Positions 1-13,446 are shown, counted from the first letter of the stretch. The stretch is DNA of 64,000 bases from Balanoglossus misakiensis (GCA_040954595.2 CM082597.2:974886-1038885); one strand, 5' to 3'. A program made the numbers and translations. Notes: generated from the sequence alone by a model not told the origin.

Positions 1-2156
1 AATATCTCTAGATAGGTAAGTCTATATCGTTATAAAAATACAATAGTTAACAACCATCCTTTGAGGCTAAATCGAAAGTAGGGGCGCTCTGAGAAAGATT
101 TATACATCGTAGTGCGAACATGCTTTGCATATTGATGTGATATGCCCAGATGGAGTTCAAAGGTCACCTATTACCAGCGACAACAGCTCCCTTGATATTG
201 CGATATATAAAGCATTTTAATGCATTTTACTGAAGTCTTTAAAACATAGCACACACATACAAAGATGGCACCAAATACACCACATAAGGTGACACTAAAA
301 ATAGTGTTCTTGAAAAACAGATTCCCTTACTGCATATAAGCTTAGTGGTCTGTGTGTAGTAAGTGGGCGATGGGGTGTTAACTCACATCCTGCTCTGGGA
401 GTACTCATTCAAATTCTATTACCGTACTGCATTGTACGTGCTGCCTTATGTGACCTAACCTTATTTCTGCATGCCTTCAAATTGACCACGTGGGAAACGA
501 TTCCATCGCCTAACAACACTCGTGTGCTTGTGTGCATTCCGAAAAGCACTACTTCGAGGCAAAATAACGAGGTGGCTCCTCGTCGATGTTAGATCATTCA
601 TTCGTATCTGAGTATTCTTCAATAATAAAATATGCCTCGAAAGCGGCTTAAGAGGCCCTCTTTCGTTTACCCAAAGGGCTCTTAAAATCCTCTCACAACC
701 TGAGCGCTTGGACTCTATGGACTCGCTATATATTTTGAAACGACGCGGAGTGATATCGTAGTGGTGTTAAGGGGAAATCTTGTTTGCCAAAAGTGGGCAT
801 TTAATACAAAAGGTTGTATCTGTCGCCATGGTAACCGCTGCTGAATAAAAATTCCCGGCAGCGAGTTAAGAAATGGGAACCAATTTGAAGAGCGCCCCCA
901 CTCAAGATTAGTGGTTTCAATTCTATAAATGGAATAATTATATTATTGCACAAAAATATCCCTGAAAATTGTTAACAAATTTATAACTATGTACTATTTG
1001 TGTTAATACACATGGACTTGACTAATTTTCTTCCAATGTTGAAAAAAAGTTGATAAATATAGAGAAGTAGAATTAAATCTACATAACAAAGACTTTGAAC
1101 AATATTGACAATCACTTACAAGATAGATACATGAGAATATTTCCTGATGGTAAATATGACTAGCTTAAAATCTATACATAAAAACAACGTACTAGAAAAA
1201 TACCCAGCTGCTAAATATATGTTTTTTTTCACAACGGAAGTAACACTTGCATTTTCAGGTCAAAAGTTTTAGAGAAAAAAGGTTTACAAATTCCCTTTAA
1301 ATGGAATTTCAATGGTTCAAACGACAAACTATCCAAACTTTACCCACAACTCTCATATTATCCTGTGTACCTGTCTGTGGCCAAACCTAACATGACAAAT
1401 ATACATCAGATACTAGATACGCATTTAATTAACTTTTGTTCGTCAACTTCAGTAGTTCCTTAGCCAATGTTGGAACATCCTATATTTAGAATTTCCCTTG
1501 AAATCGTTACAGTCATATCTTAAGCACTGTTTAAATTAATACAGTGACATCTGGACAGCAAAGGCCTCATACATTTTACATTTTACCAAGCACTGAGTTT
1601 TGGTGTTTCAATATCACCAGTCAGTATTTGCACTGGAATTCAATGAACATGGACATTACTTGGAGAATAAAGTATATCCCTATACTATATTTTAACAGCG
1701 TTTTACGCCAATGTATTAACCTATAGGGCTCCAAATTCTTGTTATTTTATCAAAGTGCATCAGAGAAGATAATACAAAAATAGGTAGCACATGGGGCGCC
1801 CTCCATTGAATGGTTTTAGGAGCTTTTGTGCGACAGTGCAAACATATAACTTGTATGCACATGTAATATAGTAACATCGTCGTGTAAAACTCATCGGGGG
1901 TTAAATATTTAAAATTCAAAATAGTACTGAGTATCAAGTTTCAAGACAGAGAGAGGAATCGTTATAAGCCCAGGAGGCATATAACCAATTGCAACCCCAC
2001 AAAAAAAAAGATTTGTTAATGCACATTATAAATTCCTCCCTTATAAGTTTCTTCATTTCAGCCATGGCGGCAGAACATCGACTTCATTCCTGGAGAGTCT
2101 GTTCATTGGAGACAACTCATCCTGTCCACATGACTCCTCTCAGCTGCGAGTTCCAT

Positions 2157-2350
2157 CTACTGCTTCGCGATAAACACGTTGAGTGTTGACATTCCATTGC
2201 CTTTGTCGTCAACGTTCGACGGGTCTGATGAGTTCGCGCGCTGGAACTTGTAGCTTCGATAACACACCAGGATTACAACAGCTATCAGTGCAAACAACGG
2301 TAATCCTAAACCCAGAGTTAGGCCCAGTACCAAACTACTGCTTTGCTTCC
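2157..2350 (-). CDS. CUB/PAN gene last exon: TM helix plus ~34 aa cytoplasmic tail
   Basis: LVLGLTLGLGLPLFALIAVVILVC is followed by basic YRSYKFQR. Stop TAG at 2157-2159. Confidence 0.85.
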
Positions 2351-5300
2351 CTGCAATAAACAAATAGGCGTATTAAAATGTATTTAATAAATGCTTGACT
2401 TTCGAACGTATTATTTATAGCGTTTGTCCCCATTTTGTCTAACTCTGCCTCGTTTTTTTCCTCTCCATTACTCACCACTTAGTTGACAACTGTCGCGCGG
2501 CACGTCTGACATATCACCACAATGGTCATCACAGTCGTTTACGAGGTAGCCTGGTATGCACCGATTATTTTCACACAAGAAATCTGTGTCGTCTTTGCAT
2601 CCTTCATCAAATCCTAGTTAACAACAAGAAAACGTAGATAATGTGAAATGAATTACGACACCCGTCTATATCATTCATACATCCGTAACACCCTCTAAGA
2701 ATACTTGCATGAACGCACGCATGCTCACACGCACATACATAACTGATCCCTGTGAACAGAAAATATCTTACCTGCAACATAAAATTGTGAAAATGTTGCT
2801 TCGAAGCCATTGCCCCAATTGTCAGCCCTCCCAACAAGGGCTTTCAGTTCCATGGTTCCCCGTACGGCGAATGGCGTGTGTTTGATGTTATGGCAGGCAC
2901 CCCCTGACAGCTTTCCTCCGTCGTACACAAGTATACGCTGTTCCTGCTTTGTGCATGGATCCAATATACCTGCAAGGAATAGACACTTTTCTGCTCATTG
3001 CGAGATCTCACGAGACTTTGTTAATTATACCCACATGGCATTATACACAACTTAATATGTACAGTATCCATGGATATTAACATAATGTCCAGAGAAGGCT
3101 ATACACCACCTGAAAAAATATGAACTGACCTGAGATAAAATCGAAGTGTGTTTCTGGATAAGGCTGATCATCCAGAAGCCAACAGTTTCCAATTGTACCA
3201 CCATCACTGTTATCGTACGACCAGGCTCTGCAGCCGCCAATGCTCTCGCACGATTCACAGCACGCCTCAGCACTGTCAACTTTGTGGCTGTGGCCGTCAT
3301 TTATGCCACTGCCGAGGCGCAGGACGCCTTGCTCCACCACACACGAGGAATCTGAAAAATAGAGTTAAAAAATGGGTATATGCTCGTTGTCTTCAGGCAA
3401 TAGATATTAATATAGTCATATATACCCACTCAGAGATTTGCTTCACCCTTGAGTATGTAGATTTTATCCACTTATGATATGTTTCGCTCGGAGTGATATA
3501 TTAGCAGAGCCCATTTCATTTTGTTTCCGACAAGATTTAAATTATACATCACGACTACCGCCTCAGTCTTCCTGATGATTCCGAAATGTGGATCTCGGTA
3601 CGTTGCGCTGAATCTGATGCGCCCCCGGGGCACGGAAGCTAACATTTCCCCCGATATTTATCAAAACGCATATATATGCAAATGAGTCATTCAAACAAAC
3701 GCAGAGTATTGGTAAACACAGCTTGCAGCCTGTCATATTTCTGATGTTTCATTAAAAAGCAAACATATGGGGGCACGGATGTCGACATTGTTAAACATGA
3801 ATGAAAATCACTTTCGATGAATTCATCCAAAAGCGAATGAAAATTTGTGATTTAGTCCTGTGAAAACGTCAAAGAAAGTATCATCTGGTTTTGAGTTAAT
3901 TAAAATGTAGTAGCATGTGACAGATTGCCCTTATTGAAGGTCAAATTTGTTTTTCGTGTACCGGTACGTTGATGACGTCAACGTCGAGGCAAAGACTCAT
4001 TTTAACCATTTGACGTTCATACAAAGGATCGTCCAGGCTTTCGGCAGCAGATGGTTCCATTTGGAAGAAGTCCGCGCCAAAGGAAAACAGAGCCACGTAC
4101 CGTTTTACGTTCACTTTTACCTTTGATTTCAATTTCCTGAATAGGGCCCGCGTGATAATCTGAATGCTGCTAACGGCATATGAGTCAGTGGTTATAACTC
4201 CGATTCAGAACTCGTCCATTCTCGCAGAGCAAAATCTACTTCGCATTCCACATTTACTCTATTTCGCCGATTGAACATGCTATATCACCAAAGAATCGCG
4301 AATCCTACGGATGCACTTGCGGTCGGTACACGCACGATCTGACTGATTAGTTTTGAGAGGTCAAAGAAATAGCGTTGTAAATAAAACATGGAGCGAAAGT
4401 CACTGATGCACGGCCGATACTTTTATGCGCACTGTACCGGTGACTTTACACTGGTTTATTCATATGCAACACGCGCAGAGATGAGATCGTTATCCCGTCC
4501 AGGATTACGACACAGCTCGTAGAAATAAAAATCTTCGACGGGGTCATGCCTGGACGCTGAGAATCTGACGGCTCGTTACTGTAAACGCGCCTGATTTATC
4601 GATTGCAGGCTAGCACTAGCCTGTGCATTTAAATCCGGTCCAGCGAACGAGTTGCCGTATTGTGCTAATTTATAACACAGCCTGGAGCAGTGTTACGTGT
4701 TGATTACTTGGGAGGTGTGAACACAGAATTTTAATTATGTTAACACGCATCGCGATTTATGTAGTTGGAACATACGTGTCCAGAAGGACAGTGGTTCAGG
4801 CAAGCGAAGGCTAATGAGACGTTTTAGCAACTAGAATACCGGTATGCCACCAGCGATTCTGATTGTCGGCTGTGGGCCACCAGTACCACCTGTCTGCCCC
4901 AATCCAGTCCTGACTTCTGCTTGGACAGGATCATACATTTGGTATTCAATTAACAGGCCAGGGTTAATCTGTGGTAGATTTGTCTGCTTGTGTATAAATG
5001 ATAATGTGGTACTCACCCTTGACTATATTGTCTGTTAAATGGATGGATTTGACAGAAAGGAACACTCTATCGTATCTATTGACTGGTGAAATCTTGATGG
5101 TACAGTTACTGGCGGGTGGGCCGTTGGTTGGGTAAGCAAAGTGCGAGACTATGGTTCCACCAAACGCCTTGGTCGCTGAATCTTCGCATACTGAAACAAA
5201 TTAAGATTGCAAGAACTTGAATCTAAAGTTTGGGGTTCAATCACTTAATCAATCATGGTCTATGCCCGTGTCTGAAAACACAATTTCATGTATTATTCAA

Positions 5301-8300
5301 TCGAGTCTCCTGTTACCATATTACAATGATTGCAGGGAGACTCAAGCAGCTGCCTACACGGGAGAGCTCTTTCATCCTTGTATTATAACTAGTAAAGGTA
5401 CTGTTTACAGTGGTGTACACATAACTGTGACAACCCTGTAGAACTCAACACACACTGCGCTGGACTAGAAAAACATTCCTATGACAGCTATATCAAAATA
5501 TAAGCTGTGCGTGGCGGGCAATATATTAATACACATAATGTGATTAATCCCCACGTTTCAATGCTAGCTTATACGTGCACATTAGATGACATACCATATA
5601 GTGAAAGTTGTTACAATCGCGTTGCAATGTCCCGTATGTACTTACAGAATGTCTCATCACGTGGTACAGCATCACGACCACTCATCCTGTGTCATATGGC
5701 TGTATGTTATACGAAATACGATGTGACACTTTCTATATGAAGTCGTTCAGCGAAGTAATTGGATTAAGTCTTATGGAATTATGCAGGATATTTATGTAAT
5801 CCGCTGCCGTCGTTTCTACCACACATACTGTCTATTAAGTGAGATCATGCGAAACTTCTTCGAATCAAATTTATTCGAATTCCCTGGATTTAATAAATAG
5901 GACACACGTAATTCACTATCTACGCCTATAGAAAATGTCGGTGTTATTTTCCATCAGTGGGCGATAAGACACTCAAGATTTACAAGGTCAAAACCGCTTT
6001 TCTGTTTCCACGTTTCAATATTCATAGATTATATAAAATGGCTGAACGAGATAAACGCTTGTAATTGATGCACTGCTACTAGAGAACCACTCGTGTAATA
6101 TTCGTGTGAGGACAAAAACTCGCTAATAATCGCTGTGTTTTTGTAGACGGGGTTCTTTCCTTTGAAGTCGCCGATACAAAGCGCGGGATTACAGACGCGG
6201 TAAAAGGATGCCTGAAAAGAGTGCGAGACTGATGTTGGCAATTGCTTTTGGGATTTCAAATCTACTTTAATTTTCAGAAGGAGGCACAGGCATTTGGGGA
6301 TTTTATATACGTATATGTTTCTAGCATTTTCAACAATCTTTTAGTGTTTCCTTTCCATCAATTCTTCAAAACAACATGGCGGACGAGATGCCGCGTGCGG
6401 GGAGTGGAGTGGGCATGGGTGCGTCACTGTTCGCTGCACGCGCATTCGTCATCTTTGTCACACCATCTGTTCAGTCAGAAGACAGAAGCGATACGTACTT
6501 AACGCCTCAGTTCACACGCACGTCTTGCTGGGACGGAATATCGCTAAGTATGACGTCACTTTGCAATCACAGTCAAAGCGCTGACTTTTACAACCGTGTT
6601 TGTACTGCCATCAATTGTCAAATAAGGATGGAAGGAAATTTCTGAGCAAATAAAGCCTTCATTATTTTCTGAGGGGTTTTTCACATGAGTTGCAGAATTA
6701 GCAGACGACATTATCGGTTTTAGTTTGCTTCATAGTTATTAAGTCTTCCCAGAAACCTTGCATCGCCATCACAGAAATTGTCTCAGTGATTTGTTGAAAT
6801 CCTACAGATGCCGTTGAAGCCAAACATATGACTGATAATTAGGCAGAAAACTGCCAAAAGACACATGCAAAGAGTTGGCAACCTTTTCTGGACAATTCAG
6901 GCATCAGTCGTGTACACAATACTCGCTAGCTCAAATTTGACTCAGCGCTACTATGAAGATCTCCAAAATAAGAAGATTCACAATTTAACTTGTGAGGGGA
7001 TAAAACTTGACACTGGATTAAGCACGGTCACTATGCAAGTGATGACTCAGGGAGACCAACATAATCAATGCCTGTCAGCTGCTTTTGTTAACATTGTGCC
7101 AACGCACCGACCTTGCATCCATCGTCCCAGAGTGTGTGAGCTCGTAACGCTGCCTGAAATTAGGTCATTGACGGGAAATGCATATCAAAGATGGCGGTTT
7201 TATCGATCGTTAGCGGTTTCCCATCTAAATCTGACGGCTTTCTTAACTGACTATCACAGTGATTTCACGATAGGCGACTAAGGTCACGAGCGATCAAATG
7301 GTGATTTTTGCAATAAAACTATGCTTCTCATACAGATTCATACTCGCGTAAATGCTACAGAAACCTTTCGATAAAACATTCTAAATAAAACTTTTCCAGG
7401 GAATACAATTGGTTTATTTTCCAAATTATCCCATCGCGTATTATTTCACCACACTTTTACTCGCCTGTTCGAGCGCCTTCAAAATGCAATCACCCTACGC
7501 GGAGTGATATGTTGCGCGCGCGTGTGTGTCGGTCAATCGCTGCACTTCTTTTATTATGTAGTTACCTGAGTACAGCTTCCTTGTTGCGTCAAAAGTACCA
7601 TCATCAGGCACGGCTGTTATGATGGCCTCGAATCCATTTTCTTCTATTGTACCATCTGTTAGGAAGATCAAATGGATCCTACTGCCACTGGTGATGATAT
7701 TTGCCGGTAAAACAAACCCACAGTACTTGCCGAAAAGTGGCGAACTCTCGTTCTGACCGTCGTAAATTAGTAACCTGTCCTTCTCACAGCTGGTGGCATT
7801 TTCTACTTCAAAATGAGTGAATTGAATCTGCAATAGACAAAGAAAAGAAACCATTCAAGTCTGTTCCATCTAACTTTTGGGCAGGTGGTCTGTGTAATCC
7901 AATAAAGTTACCATTTTATTTTAACCCAACACCATAAAGAAAAGATATTAAACTTGATTTTGTAAGGTCAAGTTTGCAGTTGAAATTACAACTACTCATT
8001 TGTGCGTAAGGCTACAAACAATTCGTCTGTAACTTAATTTCTGAATGTGTGCGGATATGAGTCAGAACTTTCGCTAAGCACAATACAAGTCACTAGCGCA
8101 TGCGTTGTCTCTAATACCCCCTTCAAACTACTGTGTGCGGTATAAACAGAGTTGGCCCACGACCAAAGATACACAGAATATGAAACGACAGAGACAAATA
8201 TGAACACAGCAAAACAAAAATGTTTCGATTAAATATATAACACTACTTCGTCAAGCAACGTTCACGCGTGTCTAGTTTTACTTTAATAAGCTTAGAAACA

Positions 8301-11300
8301 AAATGCGATAAGAGTACAGTTTCAGCCATTTCCATGGATACACCCGTCTTCTCAGTATCCAATCATGGCTAAGTAGGATATTTAAAGGATCTGGTTCCGT
8401 TGATACGCAGTGGAGAGCCCTAATATTGGACTGTTGTCCGTCAACATGATGTGTTTTCTGAGCGTGCGCGTATCGGACATAACCTGATAATGGGAGATGA
8501 GTGTGTTTTACTGAGAAGCAATCAAAGTGTTGCGTTTCAAACTCCTGTTTCAGACTTTTTTGACGTTGCAGATACGGATATCTTGAGTTAATCGGATAAG
8601 AAGGGGTATTGAGTTTCATGATGTACTTTTCAGGCGCAATGTACCAGGGGACATGTTAGGCCCTTACACCAAACTGTTTGCATTGTTACTTGTGTGGCAG
8701 TTGTTGTTGACCTTTGCAAACAAAGGTCACGTGGGCAAATTTCAGAGAATAGGTCAGGGGATTTTTCTACCATATGGCCAAGACCCATCTTGACGTTGAA
8801 AAGCAAAAGAAATTGAATTTCCTTCCTGGAGTGGGGATGTTACTTTGCCCCGGGCGGTTCTTACGTTCAATGGCGGTGCTCACCACACATGATATTCCAA
8901 GCCCATCCCCCAGAAATAACTCCTTCAATACAGAGATTTATTCGTTAACTTACTAAGCAACGAGCGACAGTTGCACCGTGACCTTTAAGAAGAGAACACC
9001 ATTGCCATGGTTACCTATTCATCCTAGCATCATGTTACTTCCAACTGCAGACTGCCAACTATACGTATATAATAAACTGCGTTGAATCAATTGGCTTTGT
9101 TCAAATCGATTAAAACGTGAATTTTGCAACAGCCTGAATATCTGTCTTTAGTTTCTGAAATACTACTTGAATTTGCGTGAATTAGAGAGAAGTACACAAG
9201 CAGATTTCGAGTAGTCCATGGCGAAGACATTTGATCTTGAGTCTGCGCAGTTGAGCTCAACGCGATCAAGCTAATTTAATCCCCAAATGAATTTTAAGAT
9301 AAACCCTGTATCACGTTCAGTCCACATGGTTTCACTCAAGCGATCATAAATATGTGAGAAGTTATCTGAATCAGAGTTGGACTAAGTAGGTCAAAGTGAA
9401 TCATACGCGTAGAATACGACCTTGACCATGCGTAAAGGAAATTCAAAGCAACCGCCATGTTGGATGCTGCCGTTCCCCGGGAGAAACAAAAATCGACTAT
9501 GACTGTTTACAGGCCTACGTGACGCAACAAAGGGAATGTAGAATTCACTGTAAATTGATCCAGTCGTACAATACTGGCCTCGACCTTAAACAATTTTAAA
9601 AAGTCAGACTTGGAGTAAAAGACTGGAATCACTCATTTCTGTTTAACGAGCCATTGATTTTTTTTCGGTCAGAAGCGAGGAAAGTACCGTAATGATTTCA
9701 GCACGATGCATTGATAAGAATTCGGTAGCATTACTCGGGGTCAGAGGTCAGCGCATTAATTTCCTTTTCCGGATTTCTTCAGGTTATTCGATTAGGGAAT
9801 GCAACTGAGTCAGTTTGCCGGAAAAAATCTAGCGGAATCGAGAGTGCTGCGATCAATACAAAGCAGATATTAGATTTTACAGTAATTTCGTGGCGTTTGT
9901 GTTCAGATTGTCATTTCCATTCCACAAAACGCTCCAGCATAAACCTTAGATCAACTGCCACAAAGTGACGTCATATCAGGGTCTCTCTGCATGCTTAAAC
10001 ACACACATCATTGCTTATTATATCATTCTACTGCATACAATGATGGATACGACGCCCCATCTGATAACAACCGCAGCCAGAATAAATACACATCAGTTTT
10101 ATCAATACATGTATATTCATAACGTGCCACTTTATGTCATTCAGATATTTGAAAACCTCTTTGTGTGTTAATTCGATTGAAGCTTTTATAAGCTCCCTTC
10201 AAGTTGACAAAAGCATTATTTCTCCGGAATGTCTGATTAAGGGCAATTTATGTAACCTTGAACAGCGAACAGTTAAAAATGATTTCGCGCCCTTTTAGTA
10301 TACTGAGGCCAGTCTCTCATTTTCTGCAGACTTCTCTATGAATAATTGTTGTCAAATGTCATTTTTGAATTTTAGCAACCTTTACATACATTTAACGACA
10401 GAAATTAAAGCATAGAAATATCGCCATTTTATGTTTGTATTATTATAAAAGTTTGATGGTATTTTCGGTTCTGTGAACTACTTTCGTATTCATATTGCAT
10501 AGACTGTTTTTATGGCGGTTTATGTATACAAGTCCCAAATGTATTGTAAAATCATGGAACTGGATCATGGAAGGCTATAAATAATTCATGAAATTCACGC
10601 AGTTGCATAAAAGTCGATTGTTTTGTCATTCTAACTGTCTGACCTTTTCCAAATTTGTATAACCACTCTATATGCTGATAATAGCAAGAAAATAGTCGTT
10701 GCTGCAAAAATTATGGATCCGTATCAAAAGAGACCGAGAGAATCGTGATAGTTTTAAACAACAATGGATGATGTTGACAGTTCTGAGAGAATATCTTCCC
10801 AGATGTCCCCTGGGTCCCCAAAATAAGACTGTAGCTCTCGATCTGTGATGCCATTTTGTTTGCTGGGACGACCTTTGACCTGAAACAAGATGGCGGCCCT
10901 GTTCCTGTGGCGGTATTCGGGTCACGTGTCATCAGCTGAAGGAAAATATACGTTTGCGCAGAGAATATTACGCGCACGCTATCGGCGAATAGGAGTATAG
11001 TGATGGGAAACCATCGGGGCTGAATCCTCTGCTGATAGCAGCGATTGCATTTCTAAATATTTATCCTTCAGCGGTCCCACCGCGCGGTTGGTTTTCTTCT
11101 CACAACAAAAAGTTGTCTAGGGTCTATGATCAAAGCTTACAGCCTAAGTATATGGCTTAATAATGTGATTAACGCCAAGGGACTTGGAAGCAGGCATAGA
11201 GTGGCTGTAAGCACTTTCTCGTAGAAAACCAGAAACACTGTTATGACTAACCATATTTAAGTGTTTCAAACGAATTTGCTTAATCAATTTTTCCTCCACA

Positions 11301-13446
11301 AATACCTATCTCGGCGTCTATTACATCACTGCTCACTCCAATGAGTTTCACATCAGCGCGACTCATATCAGATACCCAATTTACGTGCACCATATTCTCT
11401 CACAAATTCACTTTCCCTCTTCCTCGTCTAAAACATATGCATGGTTGATGTCGGCGGCGTCGATACGGTGTCAACAGAGCGAAAGTTAATCTGGACTTAC
11501 GCGAAACTGTTTTCCTTAACATTTCTTCAGGCGTTCCAGCACTGCAATGTTTAATCTGCAATCCGAACCGGGTGATTTGCATTACCTAGGATCACACGTA
11601 CTTAGTATGTTCCTTAACAAAAGCTGTCCCCTCGAGATAAGCGTCTCTATAACACCTATACCGCTGCTGTATCCAGCGTTCTTTTATCCTTTACACGTCG
11701 ACTGCCGTGTTTTTCCCATAATGACACACATTGCAGTCTTGAGACGTACTATTCGACGAACGACGTCGTAAGTAGAGATCTAATAAGTCTTACCATACTT
11801 TGTAAAGGTATGGTGGCGTTCACGCTTTCGTCTTTTGAAACCGCACGAGGAAAAAAACGAGAATATCATTCTGGGAACGAGGAACACAATTATCAACTAA
11901 ACATTCAATGGTGGCTAATCTCTCTTTCTTTGCGGTGAAGAAAACAAGCAATTAAGCTTACCTGTAAGAGATTGCCAGGGTTCGTGTATATGTTGTAGAT
12001 GCATTGATCGTAGAAAGGATATTTCTGCGGAAAATTTGGCGATGATAATGTTGCTTCCTCTTCAACGAAGACATCACCATTACAGGAAACTATGTACAAA
12101 TACGCAAAGTAAATATCAATATTTGAGACGTATTTTATTATCAACTGTAATGATGATAGTGGCTTCAAATTTTTCAGCATATCTTCCTGGAATACCCATG
12201 TCACAATTTTAGTGAAGTTGAGCTATCTCAAGAAAGAAGACACGGAGTTGTTCAGATAAGCCGTGTCAGCGTGTGGACAGCGTGTACCGGTGTAAGTAAC
12301 ACAGCGTATAGGCAGAGGTCAGAGGTCAAAGGTTATGTTTATCACCGGCCATTAGTAACCACCTGGCCGCCATTTTGGAAAGTGCACGATTGTCAGAATG
12401 AGAATTACTCAATTTGAAATCTGCCGACGCAGATCTCCGTGTTGACATCTCACACTGATGTATTACTTAAGTAATTGTAGTTGTGCATCTACAACCACTA
12501 TCAACGGATTAGAAGAAAATAGGATTTTTAGAGGTTAACTTTAGGTCACAAAGTGTCGCTCGCTTACCGTATTGACATTTCGAGCCGTAGAAGCCATGGA
12601 TGCATTCACACACATAATTTGCATTACACGTACCGCCATTGAGACAACTAGTGGCGTTACACACCTCCAGTGTCGTATCTATAAACGCAAAATAAAACGG
12701 CTTTCATTAAATACAGCGCTGGTAAGAATAAAATCGATTCCAGTTGATCGCTACCGTCCTTCAGTTTATGAACCATGAGACTGCCATTGAATATGAAACT
12801 GTCACGCATTATACTGCGCATGAGTGGATCCAGCCGACATTCAGATCGCTTCCTGAGCCAAATAAGCGTAGTTTTCTGACCAATTTATCCTAAATTTTTA
12901 TGTACACGCTAAGAACACGTTCACAATGGCTGCCGTAGATTGTAAACTTTACACAACAAGAATAGACCAGTCCGGTATATCACTCAGGTTGTGTTACATA
13001 CGGCTCCATTAACCCAACGTCAAACTAAGTAATGTTTCATCCATAATTTAATTCAGGGCTGTGGTTAATTTACGAGAACATATTAGTGAAGATCAACAGA
13101 GACGCCAAAGATTTCGAAAGTGGCAGATAAAAACTACACTGAATTCTACAATTCAGAACATGGCTGAAAAATACTTTTAAAAAAAACTTTTCCATTGGTG
13201 GGTCGGTTCGGATGGTAGTTGAGTTGGATGGGGTTGTTAGTATTGTTTGATTGTGACTGACTGACCGATTGATTGATTGACTGAGATGAAGGTTGAGATA
13301 GATAGTGACATAGAGAGTGACTTACTTGTAAGCACAACTGATCCTCTGTTTACAGGAATTTGTCCCACGGCATGAATAGCTGCGCTGAGAACCATGATAA
13401 AGGCTGTGATTTGTAGTGGGATTAGCTGACATAGAAATTGGCCCAT
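2157..13446 (-). CDS. Type I transmembrane EGF/CUB/PAN-Apple protein: SP-EGF-CUB1-CUB2(N half)-PAN/Apple-CUB2(C half)-TM-short tail, ~458 aa, 8 coding exons
   Basis: Exons join(13326..13446, 12568..12678, 11962..12089, 7599..7827 [alternative donor to 7566], 5017..5190, 3130..3351, 2772..2969, 2157..2350). All junctions are GT-AG and phase-consistent, total 1377 nt. An in-frame stop lies upstream of ATG 13446. Domains assigned from Cys and motif patterns. Confidence 0.85.
2772..2969 (-). CDS. CUB/PAN gene exon: CUB2 C-terminal half
   Basis: GILDPCTKQEQRILVYDGGKLSGGACHNIKHTPFAVRGTMELKALVGRADNWGNGFEATFSQFYVA shows C.....I.VYDG...C...GF.A.F. 198 nt, phase 1-1. Confidence 0.8.
3130..3351 (-). 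CDS. CUB/PAN gene exon: PAN/Apple-like domain
   Basis: DSSCVVEQGVLRLGSGINDGHSHKVDSAEACCESCESIGGCRAWSYDNSDGGTIGNCWLLDDQPYPETHFDFISG has 6 Cys in the PAN_4/Apple pattern (A..CC..C.....C.AW.Y...C.L...ISG). 222 nt, phase 1-1. Confidence 0.8.
5017..5190 (-). CDS. CUB/PAN gene exon: CUB2 N-terminal half (absent from the ORF track)
   Basis: VCEDSATKAFGGTIVSHFAYPTNGPPASNCTIKISPVNRYDRVFLSVKSIHLTDNIVK matches the CUB pattern C...G.I.S..YP......C...I. 174 nt, phase 1-1, tttcag/gtgag sites. Confidence 0.8.
7599..7827 (-). CDS. CUB/PAN gene exon: CUB1 C-terminal half
   Basis: IQFTHFEVENATSCEKDRLLIYDG...GKYCG..LP..IITSGSRIHLIFLTDGTIEENGFEA is canonical CUB. Two phase-1 donors are possible (7598 or 7565). 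Confidence 0.9.
11962..12089 (-). CDS. CUB/PAN gene exon: CUB1 N-terminal half
   Basis: VSCNGDVFVEEEATLSSPNFPQKYPFYDQCIYNIYTNPGNLLQ contains the CUB motif SPNFP..Y....C.Y.I. Donor CAG|gtaag. Confidence 0.9.
12568..12678 (-). CDS. CUB/PAN gene exon: EGF-like domain (absent from the ORF track)
   Basis: NTTLEVCNATSCLNGGTCNANYVCECIHGFYGSKCQY has the 6-Cys EGF pattern (CLNGGTC...CEC..GF.G..C). 111 nt, phase 1-1, ag/gtaag sites. Confidence 0.9.
13326..13446 (-). CDS. CUB/PAN gene first coding exon: signal peptide
   Basis: MGQFLCQLIPLQITAFIMVLSAAIHAVGQIPVNRGSVVLT, hydrophobic core. Donor A|gtaag at 13325. An acceptor at 13502 suggests an upstream non-coding exon. Confidence 0.75.

Noticed and set aside
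4606-4813. caggcta-gcac-tagcctg palindrome and a TAGCC...GGCTA-bounded segment as a second foldback element
   Set aside because: The inverted arms match only at the extreme ends and there is no TSD. It may be a decayed repeat but cannot be supported.
6865-7281. 138-aa plus-strand ORF inside an intron of the CUB/PAN gene
   Set aside because: No recognisable domain, no supporting exons, and the length is compatible with chance or a decayed repeat.
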